Source of the DNA: Lytechinus pictus
Taxonomy: Eukaryota
NCBI RefSeq assembly: GCF_037042905.1
Contig: NC_087250.1
Coordinates: forward strand, 18,354,001 to 18,418,000
Length of the DNA stretch: 64,000 nt
Reading direction: 5' to 3'
Shown: positions 25,721 to 38,648 of the stretch, piece by piece
Position numbering within the stretch: the stretch's first letter is position 1
How the letters are laid out: each line of letters opens with the position of its first letter
Position numbers and translations under genes: made by a program
The notes under the pieces: generated by a model
Seen by the model: the letters and a program-made list of their open reading frames with translations, nothing else
What the model was told of the DNA's origin: nothing
Databases searched by the model: none

Positions 25721-28700
25721 TGTTAAATAATGAAAACGTCTACTTCATTATTTATAAATAATTTTTTCGAGTGCACCATTATTCTCATTATTTATAAATA
25801 ATCATTATTTAATGTTCGAGTTTTCCATTATTTATAAATAAAGATTATTTGTTAAATAATGAAATATCTACTTCATTATTTATAAATAATAATTTTGTTT
25901 CAATATCCCATTAATCATTATTTATAAACAATTTTTACAGTTTGCCATTATATACAAATAATCATTATTTATATACAAATAACCATTATTTATTAAATAA
26001 TGCCATTATTTATTAAATAATGCCATTATTTATTAAATAATGGAAAACTCGCTATAACATGCAAATGTGGGACCGCCCATGATATGAATATTCATGATGC
26101 GATTTCCTTTTTCGTGATTTTTCTTCACAAATTTTTGTCCATTTCCTCTTCATAATGACATTTCTTGAAGCAATTTTCTAGGGATATGGTCTGATTGTAA
26201 TATTCTTCATTTTCTATATAACTTCGTCTTCGTAGAAATATCAAAAAGTGTAATTTTATACGATTTTTCCTACAGTTCACAATCCCCATAGGCGCGCGTG
26301 TACGGTAGGGACAACCGGTGAATCGACGGAGTGCTCTTCATCGAAATACTATACGTTGGTTGGTCCCCGGAAGTGGCGGGCGGAATTTAGCCCGAATCTT
26401 AGATGGAAGTCGATCAAGTGCAGAGAGTGAAATATCAGTGTACTTGTACAGGCCCTTCTACTTTTTATAAATATTTCTTGTTGCTTTTTTTGTTAAGTTA
26501 ATTATTCCTGGTGTAGAGATAAGTTTCAGTTCTAATAATGCACTTCAAATACATTTTGGAGTGTCTGTTTGAGGCGTTTGGGGCGATTTCACCCTGGCCC
26601 CAAAATGCTCGCAACGACAATACGGGGGCATGATGACCCCTAAATTTTTAAAAACTTATTTTTCTATTGAAAATTATCACAAAATTCACCAAAAGTGTGC
26701 ACGAAAGCCTTCGTATTTCACTTTTAAAACTCCAAAAAGTGCCCAAATGACAAGCTTGGTCGCTTCGCTGTGTCGTTTTCAACTTGAGAAAGTTTACGCG
26801 TCTGCTTCCCCCCCCCCCCCCTCCTCCGAAAGAAATTATGTATACGGCCATGCTCTAAAGAGCCTGGCACATTGATTTATGTATACTTCATTTTCATTAT
26901 TTTTATCTCATTATCATCATGGCCTTACGCATAATTTTTTCCGGGGGGGGGGGGGGGTGGGGGGAGCAGGACGCGCGTAAACTTTCTCATAAAAATCTTG
27001 AAAAAGCGAAGCGACCAAGCTTGTCATTTGAGCTTGGTCGCGTCGCTGTCTCGCTTTCAAGATTTTTTTGAGAAACTTTACGCGCGTCCTAGCTGCTCCC
27101 CCCCCCCCCCCCGGTAAAAATTCTGTGTAAGGCCATGATGATAATGTGATAAAAATAATGAAAATGAAAAGTACATATAAATCAATGTGCCATATGCTCT
27201 TTTGAGCATGGCCGTTCACAGAATTTATTTCGGGGGGTGGGGGCAGACGCGCGTAAACGTTCTCAAGTTGAAAGCGAGACAGCGAAGCGACCAAGCTTGT
27301 CATTTGGGCTTGGTCCCGTGGCTGTCTTGCTTTCAAGATTTTTTTGAGAAAGTTTACGCGCGTCATGCTCCGGCCCCCCTGGAAAAAATTCTGCGTAAGG
27401 CCATGTTGATAATGAGATAAAAATAATGAAAATGAAAGTATACATAAATCAATGTGCCAGGCTCTCATTATCAACATGGCCTTCCGCATAATTTTTTCCA
27501 GGGGGGCCGGGGCCGGAGCATGACGCGCGTAAAGTTTCTCAAAAAAATCTTGAAAGCAAGACAGCCACGGGACCAAGCCCAAATGACAAGCTTGGTCGCT
27601 TCGCTTTTTCAAGATTTTTATGAGAAAGTTTACGCGCGTCCTGCTCCCCCCACCCCCCCCCCCCCGGAAAAAATTATGCGTAAGGCCATGATGATAATGA
27701 GATAAAAATAATGAAAATGAAGTATACATAAATCAATGTGCCAGGCTCTTTAGAGCATGGCCGTATACATAATTTCTTTCGGAGGAGGGGGGGGAAGCAG
27801 ACGCGTAAACTTTCTCAAGTTGAAAGCGACACAGCGAAGCGACCAAGCTTGTCATTTGGGCACTTTTTGGAGTTTTAAAAGTGAAATACGAAGGCTTTCG
27901 TGCACACTTTTGGTGAATTTTGTGATAATTTTCAATAGAAAAATAAGTTTTTAAAAATTTAGGGGTCATCATATCATGCCCCCGTATTGTCGTTGCGAGC
28001 ATTTTGGGGCCAGGGTGAAATCGCCCCAAACGCCTCAAACAGACACTCCAAAATGTATTTGAAGTGCATTATTAGAACTGAAACTTATCTCTACACCAGG
28101 AAAAATTAACTTAACAAAAAAAGCAACAAGAAATATTTATAAAAAGTAGAAGGGCCTGTACAAGTACACTGATATTTCACTCTCTCAGCTCATATGCACT
28201 TGATCGACTTCCATCGAGGATTCGGGCTAAATTCCGCCCGCCACTTCCGGGGACCAACCAACGTAGTATTTCGATGAAGAGCACTCCGTCGATTCACCGG
28301 TTGTCCCTACCGTACACGCGCGCCTATGGGGATTGTGAACTGTAGGAAAAATCGTATAAAATTACACTTTTTGATATTTCTACGAAGACGAAGTTATATA
28401 GAAAATGAAGAATATTACAATCAGACCATATCCCTAGAAAATTGCTTCAAGAAATGTCATTATGAAGAGGAAATGGACAAAAATTTGTGAAGAAAAATCA
28501 CGAAAAAGGAAATCGCATCATGAATATTCATATCATGGGCGGTCCCACATTTGCATGTTATAGCGAGTTTTCCATTATTTAATAAATAATGGCATTATTT
28601 AATAAATAATGGCATTATTTAATAAATAATGGTTATTTGTATATAAATAATGATTATTTGTATATAATGGCAAACTGTAAAAATTGTTTATAAATAATGA

Positions 28701-30567
28701 TTAATGGGATATTGAAACAAAATTATTATTTATAAATAATGAAGTAGATATTTCATTATTTAACAAATAATCTTTATTTATAAATAATGGAAAACTCGAA
28801 CATTAAATAATGATTATTTATAAATAATGAGAATAATGGTGCACTCGAAAAAATTATTTATAAATAATGAAGTAGACGTTTTCATTATTTAACAAATAAT
28901 CATTATTTATAAATAATGGAAAACTCAACAAATTATTTATAAATAATGAAAAACAAATAATCATTATTTATAAATAATGAAAAACAAATAATCATTATTT
29001 GTAAATAATGAAAAACAAATAATCATTATTTATAAATAATGAAAAACCAATTATCATTATTTATAAATAATGAAAGACAAATAATCATTATTTATAAATA
29101 ATGAAAAACAAATAATCATTATTTGTAAATAATGAAAAACAAATAATCATTATTTATAAATAATGAAAAACAAATAATCATTATTTATAAATAATGAAAA
29201 ACAAATAATCATTATTTGTAAATAATGAAAAACAAATAATCATTATTTATAAATAATGAAAAACAAATAATCATTATTTATAAATAATGAAAAACAAATA
29301 ATCATTATTTATAAATAATGGAATGTCGAACTATTATTATTTACAAATAATGAAGTATTACTTGGAATTATATATAAATAATTAGAAATGATATTTTATA
29401 TAATAGTAGTTATTTACAAATAAAATGTAAATTATATATAAATAATAGTTATTATTTAATAAATAATGATTATATAACAAATAATTGTTCTATATAATAT
29501 TGGTACATTCGGCGCCTCATAGGCTTTCGCCGAATTCGACCGGTGTTATGCAACAATCCTCTCGCTCGGCCGCGCTCAGCGAGTGAAGAAGTGATGTATT
29601 CTTCGTTAAATGATGGTTTTAATGTCATGGCGGAGAAGGAGGCAACGCTCACATTTTGCGAAGTGGGTTAACAAACGAACAATCACAATAAGTGGAATCT
29701 GTACAAAGACGAGCAATGCGTATAATCAACCCACAATTATCGTATACTGAGGCACTCAAAGAATTAAACTTAGAATTGTTATTCGACCGCAGGAAAATCA
29801 TGTGTGAAAAGCAATTCCTCCAATTGTAAAAGTTAGATCATATCTTAAATAACCTCCTTCCATCAAAGAAAGAGTATAAGTATGATTTTAGGAACAGAAA
29901 ACAATTTCCCTTGCCAACGTGTAAAACAAAGAGGTACAAACAGAGTTTTATCCCCTGGTGTCTGTACAACCTTCAATACAATGAGTTTGTTTATTACCCA
30001 GTTGAAAGGATCGAGCAGTCTCTTGATGTTATACATACATTTTTATATTTAAATATTGCGTATTCCCAGATTTGCTATCATGTTAAGTCTGTATACTTGA
30101 AAGTGATACAATGTGTAATATCTTCCAGGTTCATTTTTTATGCTCCCTTCCCCTTTTCCTCCTCCTCCTCTCTCTCTCTCTCCTTCTTTTCTTTCTTTCT
30201 TTCCTCCTTTCTTCTCCTTTTTGACCCCTTACCCTTTTTCATACTCTCCAACCCCTTTCTACTTCCTTTTTTTTCAACTTCCTTTTTTCTCTTCTTTTTC
30301 TTCTTCTGCTTCTTCATATTCATCTTCTTTTTCTTCTCCTTTCTTTTTTCTTTCTCATATTCCTTATTACTTTCTCGTCATCTCGTCCTCCTTCCCATCC
30401 TATCCTAATTTATTCTGAATGGTCTGGTTTGACCATTTATAAAGAAATGCGGTTCAGGTTCAGGTATAACATTCTACCCTTTCAAATTTGTTAAATGCAA
30501 TATTTTTTAATATTACATACATGCACAGATAAATAATTTTTATTTATATAAATATTTAGGCTATATT

Positions 30568-32350
30568 TTAAGAAAGTTTATGAAATGATTAATTATAAAA
30601 AAAAATGTATTATATATATAAAAAATACTTTCAATCAAATATTTTTTATGTAATTATAATTTGAATGTCATATTTACTTATATTATTTAGATGTATCCTT
30701 GAACTTTGTGACTGAAAAACCAAATTTGACTGTATTTTTATCATATTCGTGTATACAATTATAGATAACTATCGATTAAAGGTTTATTAATTTGCAGCCA
30801 GAGGAAATGATTTGCAATTTTCGTTTCATGTCAAAAGCGCCACATCTTTTTAATAGACTTACAGACAAATGTAAGAGTACCGAAGCGATTACGTCAGTTG
30901 CCATGGTGTCATGACGGCCTGGTTCTAAACAAATGAACCCGCCAAATGAAGCGTGTGTTTCTCATAGGAGAAAATGGCTGCTATCGGAATTTGATCGCTT
31001 ATAACATATTTTTCAGACGAGCCAACTTTCATATACAAATGTTTATTTCCAATTCGTCTTATGCCAATTCGTCCAATTGCCTACTCGTCTACTATCATTT
31101 GGTCTACCATCAGTTCGTCCACTCACCACATGGTGTACTTTCATTAAATCTAATGGAATTCCATCTAATAACCTGCAGTTGGTCCAATAGCCATTTAGTC
31201 CCGCTTTTAGTCCATATACCATTAAGTCTAATTGGACCAAGTGTTAAATTTTGCAAAATGAATGAAAATGAAATGGATATTAGACCAACTGGTCATGTTG
31301 ACGGACGGAATGGCAGTAGACTAAATGAAAGTAGACCATGTGGCGAGTGGACAAGTTAGCAGTAGACGAATTGGCAATCGTCAGCTGCGACTCAGTTTAC
31401 TACCAGCCCGCCATGATACCATGGCAACTGACGTCACACTTCGGGACTCTACACTAATCTACTTAGAGGGGAACCTCACCCTGACAATAAACTGGTCTAA
31501 ATCAATAGCCAAAAATGGGGTAAAGTTTTTGATGGAAAATCAATCCAAGGATTAGAGTTGTGAAATTTTCTTTAAATAAAGAGAATTTTGGTCTGGTATT
31601 CGGCAACTCTAATGACGGCCTTTCAGAATATGCACCCCCCCCCCATAAAAAAAATATATATCTACATTTAACCCAAAGTTAGGTTCATGCCGGTTCATGT
31701 AACTCCAGCTAACACGATGAGCACGGATTGACACGTGAAAAAATACTTGGAATGAAAGCGTGTGCCCCTTTGGGAAGTATTATACATTAATGCTCTTCTG
31801 CATTGAGTGGTCAATGAGCAAAAGGAGTTACAAAGCGTTAAAATGACTTATGTATAGTGATTGTGCTATCATATTATCATGGTAGTCTGTCCCACGGATA
31901 ATCGAGAATGAAAATATAAAGTTATGATATAGAAAAACATGTAACTTGTCTCTAATACCGATTGAAATTAAGAATATAGAACAATAAGAGAGGAAAAACT
32001 ATAGGAAATAAGGGGGATGTTTTTAATCGATTGTAATATTTAATTAATAATCGAGTATATCATTATGCAGTATCTTTTTATTTCTTTCATTACGTAGTAT
32101 TAACAAAGAGTCCAAAACGACAGTATGATGAAAGTTAATATAAATTTAAGTACAATTTATCAAATTCGTGTCCATTTTTGCGGAAAAGACAATTAAATAT
32201 CGATATTTTGCTCTTTATGAAGTTTTACTTTATCATAAACTTGTTTATTTTTTTTCTTTATAATTATAAATAAATAAATGACTAAGTAAACGAACATTAC
32301 TAAATGAAAAAAATGTATAAAAATTTTGATAAGGGAAGAATACTTCATTC
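30568..32350 (+). repeat. Tandem array unit, copy 4 (partial; diverges after ~32030)
   Basis: Head essentially identical to copy 3 (same 137-aa spurious ORF at 7027 and 30946). Lacks the Kolobok/GC-rich/LINE second half. Confidence 0.9.
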
Positions 32351-32453
32351 TACCCTTAGATTTACTCTTTATATTTACGGTTATTGATTTGTGCATCTTG
32401 CTATGTTTTTATTTTGAAATTTTTCGAATAATGGGATGTCTGTATCATCAGAG

Positions 32454-33702
32454 CATAGAACTACTAACAGAAGGAGATCTGACTCTCTCAAACGCTTTGC
32501 CCCATGCGCGGCACCGCTAATCCCCTCTCAGCAGGGTCCCTCGCGGCGCATTACACAGGCCGCTCGTAAATCAGATAAGGAAAGTTGATCGACGCTGTCG
32601 ACAGCTCGGGTTTGCGCTTGCGCAATAGCGTTTTCACCCATAATGCATTTCACATCGGCTTCACGAATTTTATGCAAACATGGCGGCTCACGATTTCGAA
32701 GACGAAAATCTGGTTTTGGAACCAGCTAAATGCAGGGTGACCAGATTTCACAAAAAGAAATACGGAACAATCGACAAAGTACGCTGCATGAGCGGATCGA
32801 CCGAGCCAGGTCTTAAAAAAAAAGATCAACAAACTTCGACTTGGGGAAAATGTACAGAATTGGAAGGGGGGGGGGGGGTGAACGAAAAAATGAAGGAGGG
32901 AATGAAAAGGCGAAAGAAAAGAGTTGAATTGAGAACGGAAAGAAATAAAAAATGAAGGGGAAAATGAAGGAAAATATATTTTAAAAAAGGAATGTTAGAA
33001 TAAAATGATGAAAGATAGAACAAAAGAAAAAAAACGTTTCCGTCATTCTTTGAAATGAATTAAGAAGGAAAGAAAAAGAAAAGAAGGAAGGGAAGTGTGT
33101 GAAAGAAAACATAACGGAGAGAAAAGAAAAAAAGAAGCAAGAAAAAAGGAGGAAAGAAAGAACGAATAAACGAAAAATGTTTCCTTCATTCTTTGAAAGA
33201 AAGAAATAAAGAAAGAAGAAAAACAGGAAGGAAGTGAGAGAGGGAAAGAAAGAAAAAAAGACACAAAGTAGAAGGAAAAAATAAAATAAAGAATAAAAGA
33301 AAGGATGAAAGAGAGAAAGAACGAAAAGAAAAGGGAGAAGGAGGCAAAGAAAAGTTTAAAGAAAGAAAAAATGAAGGGAAAAAAGGAAGGAGAGTAAGAC
33401 AAAGAAGGAAAGAAAGAAAAATGAACAGAGAGAGAAGATCAGGAAAGAAAGATAGGGAATAAAGATAGATGGAATAAAAAAGGGGCAAAGAGGATAGAAT
33501 GATGAAGAAAAAAGGATATGAAAGAAAGAAAGAAAAAAAGTACAATCTTAAAACAAACAAAAAATCCCATAATCTAACAAAAATCATAATGATATTTCGT
33601 GTTTCTAAATATATTTTTTCTTTAGATTAAACTAAAAATATGAAAATTAAAGGATTAACAGAGGATTTGGAAGATGGTTCTCCTTCTCTTAATAGCTCCA
33701 TG
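32454..33702. mobile_element. P-element-like non-autonomous element (CAT termini, 7-bp TSD) with a purine-rich interior
   Basis: TIR catagaactactaacagaaggaga / tctccttctcttaatagctccatg; TSD ATCAGAG at 32447-32453 and 33703-33709. The paralogous segment at ~35090 lacks the insert. Confidence 0.75.
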
Positions 33703-34015
33703 ATCAGAGCATGAAGCTGGTCAGAGTGTGTGTTTTTTATCGGAAAATGAAACAAAACTAAAATTTAATGTCAAAACATTACATGAAATTAACGATTTGC
33801 TTTTCTAGATTTTGTAGATGTGAATGTGTATTTTGATTTGAGAGAATACAATAAAAACATCTTTAAAAAAAGAACGTAGGGACTTTTTTCTGGATTGTTT
33901 TAATTGTTGTTGTCGTTGTTTGTGGTGGGCATGAACCCTATGCTTCTAACACTACCAGTCATAATTTCTGAATTTATGACACTTTTCTGTCACGAGGTCA
34001 CGATTAGATTTGTGT

Positions 34016-34410
34016 TAAAGATAAATTCCAGTTGTGGGGACGATCTCAAAATGACTTTTTACAGAATTTAATATAATGATCACCAAAGTGTCTGTTTGTA
34101 TGAATAAAAAATATGTGCCAAAGGATTCTGGAAGAAATTGTGTAATTGCTGAGAAATAAGCAAAATAAGCGCGGATTCTGTCACTTCCGTCGGGTCTTTA
34201 TTCCAGCAATAATAATACACTGTCCCACGCGTGCCTATCTGTGTTGGCGATCTTCAGTGTGATCGTTTTTTAGCTTAGATATTATGATTTCACAAAGTTC
34301 AGTTTATGTAACTGTACCAGATCTAGATCCACGATGATATAGTAATACTTAACCTTGGTTTTACAGACTTTCTCACGAATCAGTATTTTACTGCAACTAC
34401 TGTCATTTAG
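34016..34410 (+). mobile_element. Kolobok-like MITE
   Basis: Starts TTAA|agataaattccagttg. Same family as 1878-2080 and an inverted copy at ~49480-49832. Confidence 0.65.
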
Positions 34411-34522
34411 CTTCTTTTTCATTTCATTTGTGTTTAATCAGGTTGGAAAAGACCTTTTTTTCCGCCGTTCGTTGGAGGTATTCGGGATTACTTCTTTGTA
34501 AGTGTGTACCTTGATATAAACA

Positions 34523-35195
34523 ACACGGATAATCGAGAATGAAAAATATAAAGTTATGATATAGAAGAACATATGTAACTTGTCTCTAATACAGATTGAA
34601 ATTAAGAATATAGAACAATAAGATAAGAAAAACAATAGGAAATATGGGTTTTTATTTTAATCGATTGTAATCTTTATTTTTTTATCGATTATATCAAGAA
34701 GCAGTATCTTTTTATTTCTTACCTTGAATACTATGAACAAAGAGTCCAAGACGACAGTATGATAAAATTTAATAAAAATTACATTACAATTTACCAAATA
34801 CGTGTTTATTTTCGAAAAATACAATGAATATAGATAATTTGCTCTTTACAAAATTTTCTTTCTCATAAACTTGTTTATTTTTATATATTTATGATTATGA
34901 GTTGAAACCAAATGATTGCACAATTCGTGTGAATTATATAACTATGTACACATTTTGATAAGGGTATAACATATTTGTTCTACCCTTAAAATTACATAAT
35001 TTCTGACTCTGTTTGCTCTTTTATTTTCGTCTGTTGATTTGTGCATCCTATTACTTTACTTTCTTAGAAATTTTTCGAATAATGGGATGTTTGTATCATC
35101 CAAATGTGTTTTTTTTTCTGAAAATGAAACAAAACTAAAATTAAATGTCAAAACAATACATGAAATTAACGACTTGCCTTTCTAGATTTTGTATG
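34523..35195 (+). repeat. Older diverged paralog of the array segment 1412-1875 / 31892-33820
   Basis: Begins cacggataatcgagaatgaaa and is colinear, with many substitutions. Confidence 0.8.
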
Positions 35196-35689
35196 TTGAG
35201 GAAGAAAGAATATTTTTTCATCTTGAAGAAAAACAAATCATCAAAATAAAATGTTGTCATGATATTATCAATACTATGAATATGTTTCGTTAAACTGAGA
35301 TATACTGATTTTGCCAATGCATGCACATGTCTTACCCACACTGACTTTTAAGAAGATGAAATAATTTTGTTATGATGTATTTTGGGGCAAAAAATATATA
35401 ATCAATCTTTAACATTGTATGCAACAATTCTGATTGTCAATAGGAGATTAAGTCCACTATCTAAACGACATAAATAAAAGATGCCAAATTAAAGATTGCT
35501 ACAGCTGTTTCAATAGTGTAATTATTACACCATACTTAGTGTTCACAATAATAATAATAATAATAATCATCATCATTTTCATCATCATAATAACAATAAT
35601 AATAATAGCAATAATAATAATAACGTCAAGTTTACCCAGGGTAGCCACTTCATTTTTCCGAAAACTGTTCTTCCAGCGGGCCCTGTAAT

Positions 35690-35900
35690 TATTATTTCTC
35701 CGGCTTTAGCTCGGATACCTATAGGCGCTCAAGCTTTCAAGGAATTTCTTCCTACCGGGTACCCATTCACCTCACCTGGGTTTAAATGCAGCACAATGTG
35801 AGTGGACTTTCTTACTGATCGAAAAACACGCCATGGCTGTGAATCGAACCCACGTCCTTCTGATTGAAAGACGATAGTCATAACCACTACACCACGACAC
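35690..35900 (-). mobile_element. tRNA-derived SINE (deuterostome core type)
   Basis: On the minus strand: tRNA-like head gtcgtggtgtagtggtta...gtgggttcgattcac (A/B boxes), then core cccaggtgaggtgaatgggtacccgg. Confidence 0.8.
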
Positions 35901-35936
35901 ATCCATGGTTACATTCGTATCACACTTGGTGATTAA

Positions 35937-36441
35937 AGGAGAAGTTCACCCTGACAAAAGGTTTATTGTAAAAATAGTAGAAGAAATCAATTAAAAATTG
36001 TAGAAGGTTTGAGGAAAGTCCATCAAAGAATAAAAACGTTATTAGAATTTGTATTATTTAATTTGTGACGCCATTATGCGAGCAGCTTTCCTACATTGTC
36101 TGATAATAAAAAAATCAATGAAATGTCATTTTTCAGAAAATTTAAGATGGTTTTTATTGTACCTTCAGTATATCCATACACAAAAAAGTTCACATCCGCA
36201 CCTAAAAATAAAATTACAAAATAAGTCATCCTCATGAATCATTAAAAATAAAAAAATAAATTATGTGTTTTATAATACATGGCATATGGGGCAGCTGTTC
36301 GTTAATGACTTCACAAATGAAAAACTTGATTATTCTAATAACTTTCTCAATCTTTAATAGATTTCCTCAAACCTTCACCAATATTTTCTTATTTTTTCTG
36401 CTATTTTTGCAACAAAGTTTTCGTCAGGGCGAACTTTCCCT
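35937..36441. mobile_element. Kolobok-like MITE
   Basis: TTAA|aggagaagttcaccctgac ... gtcagggcgaactttccct|ttca. Confidence 0.7.
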
Positions 36442-37859
36442 TTCATTCTATGCCTCACTTGGGTTTGCTTTTAAATGCGTCTGCCATAGTAGCTAATCGC
36501 AGTTATTGACAAATTTGCAATAGTTTCTCAACTTCTCATTCAAATCATTCCTAGTTAATATTATTTCATTATGGTCGCTATTTCACATTTTGTTCTATAC
36601 ATTCAATTAACTACTTTTCAAAATCAATGTTTATATTATATTTATCAATTAACCCCCAGTTTAATTCAGTTTCCATTCAATTTTTGCTAGTTCACAATTA
36701 TCCAATTGCAATTATTGATGCATCAACGATTATAGTTACTTTTGCAATTATTAATGAATTTGAATTTGCATTTTAATCATACTATTAGGTATTTCTATTC
36801 AACAATACTTGCACTTATTAATTATTATTCATTTCAATGATATGTATTCCATTTTTAATGTATTGATTTATTTTAATTTATATGTAAATGCATCACAATT
36901 CGGCTTTGCCGCCATGATGTATGAGTTTTATCAAATAAACCATTTATCTATCTATCTATCTATCTAAATCGAACCTTATTTTTAGATAGGGGAGGGGGGG
37001 GGTTGGGAGGTAGAACATCACTGTTTTTTGTCATTTTATACATCATATTAATATTTCGTTTTGTAATTGTTGAAACGCATAATATTCAGTTGGCCTATTA
37101 ATTACCGGTATCTTTGAAGTTTGATGTATATTTGTATAATTATATGGGATATGGACTGATCATGTTTTAAATAATTTGTACAACTTGTTCATGAAATGCG
37201 AATGTTTAAGTTAAACCCGACTTCAGATTACGGGCCTGCGGGTCCAATGCACATACGCACTCACACACACACACACCCCAAACAAACGGTACACTTGTGA
37301 CATTTATATATGGATGAAAGCATGCCGTGCGAATAATTATAAGCAATTAATCGTCTTGCAAGCGTCCCGATTTATTTTCAAAATAAAAACAACAAAAAAC
37401 ACGAAATATTGTTATCGTTCCAAGGCCGGCACAATCTGAATATTGCTTGTTTTGGCAAAGAACAAAGTGTAACAGGTGTTTGATCTAAAATAAACTTTTC
37501 TTGCATGGTTTAATAGGAAGATTTTAATTTTTGGTTAATTTCATGTATAAATTTCAATGGATGCTGGGAAGAGTTTAACTTGTACAGTATGTTATAATGG
37601 TGTAAAGTTGTATTTTAAAAAAGATTTTTGTCTTTCTTATGATTAATGAGATATTGATTTCTAAAGTCTTACAAATGGGGATTCGTGGGGTTCGCAAGAA
37701 CCGTTTTATAGAAAAAGTATTTATGAAAAAAATATGAATGATGCCTCGTTTTAGGGGGTTGTTTAAACAATTAGAGATACGTTATGCCTCTTTTGAAAAA
37801 GAAAGGAAGAAGAAAGAAAAAGACGGATAGAAAAAAAGAAAGACAGACAGACAGAAAGG

Positions 37860-37994
37860 AAGGAAGGGGGGAGGGAGGGAGGGAGGGAGGGAGGGAGGGA
37901 GGGAGGGAGGGAGGGAGGGAGGGAGGGAGGGAGGGAGGGAGGGAGGGAGGGAGGGAGGGAGGGAGGGAGGGAGGGAGGGAGGGAGGGAGGGAGG

Positions 37995-38030
<36 letters not shown>
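37860..38030 (+). repeat. (GGGA)n microsatellite with GAAA flanks
   Basis: Direct observation; about 34 GGGA units. Confidence 0.95.
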
Positions 38031-38533
38031 GAAGAAAATATAGAAAAGGATAGTCTGAAAATACGAGACAGATACTTAAATATAGAAGGGGGAGAGAGAA
38101 TGTGGTACACGCACACATATACACCCTCACACAAAGGGAGAAAAATAGGGTGACACACATACACAAACTCAGGAAGAGAAAAAGAGCGAGGGGACACACA
38201 TATACGGGGAAAGAAAAGAGTTAGGGAACACACGCACCACACATCCACACACACAGGTGAGAGAGAGAGAGGGAGAGAGAGAGCGGATTAAGAGAGAAAC
38301 AAGTTCAATCGATATAACCTTTTTCATAATCACCAATGTTATTAATCATAACTTTTAATCAAAATTATGCACGCAGCTGGCACTGCTTATACGTGGAGTT
38401 ACCAATATCGAATAACCTTTTAAAAACAATATCGGTGGCATCAACAGGTGGGCTTATTTCTTTCGATCAGACATATCACATTTATTAAAATCTACCCACC
38501 GCCTTTTAACCAGTTTTATGAACCAAAATTATC

Positions 38534-38648
38534 TATAAATGGCAGAAATTTGTCAATTTCTTCCATTGTTGAGCCCCGAGTGAGCGGTCCATAAGTTCTG
38601 CAGAGACAGTTGGACTTGAGCCTGATTTGTTCCTCCTAGCTGTAATTG
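38534..38648 (+). promoter_or_regulatory. Putative TATA promoter and non-coding first exon of the C-type lectin gene
   Basis: TATAAAT at 38534-38540, an Inr-like ccatt ~30 bp downstream, and a consensus donor G|GTAAGT at 38649. Candidate acceptor ttccatag ends at 39332, upstream of the ATG. Confidence 0.55.

Larger units (their letters stand above)
23303..29521. mobile_element. Foldback-type transposon (~4.4 kb once the nested insert is removed) with TATGAG...CTCATA termini and 6-bp TSD
   Basis: TSD GGCTTT at 23297-23302 and 29522-29527; empty site ctggcaGGCTTTcgccg in copies 1 and 2. Arms 25131-~27030 and ~27580-29521 are near-perfect reverse complements. Confidence 0.9.
6649..30567 (+). 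repeat. Tandem array unit, copy 3, interrupted by three large insertions
   Basis: Unit sequence lies at 6649-8063, 11302-12007, 23171-23302 and 29522-30567. 23919 bp minus insertions plus TSDs (20637 bp) leaves 3282 bp, i.e. one unit. Confidence 0.93.

Noticed and set aside
26917..27729. 270-aa ORF in the centre of the foldback
   Set aside because: Product of repeated palindromic modules and poly-G/C runs; no transposase motifs.
33043..33587. Phe/Ser/Leu-rich membrane-protein-like ORFs (also 37763-38254)
   Set aside because: Translations of polypurine/polypyrimidine tracts.
35820..35900. tRNA genes here, at 44430-44503 and at ~16600-16670
   Set aside because: tRNA-like SINE heads without a complete cloverleaf; the first two are followed by the SINE core.
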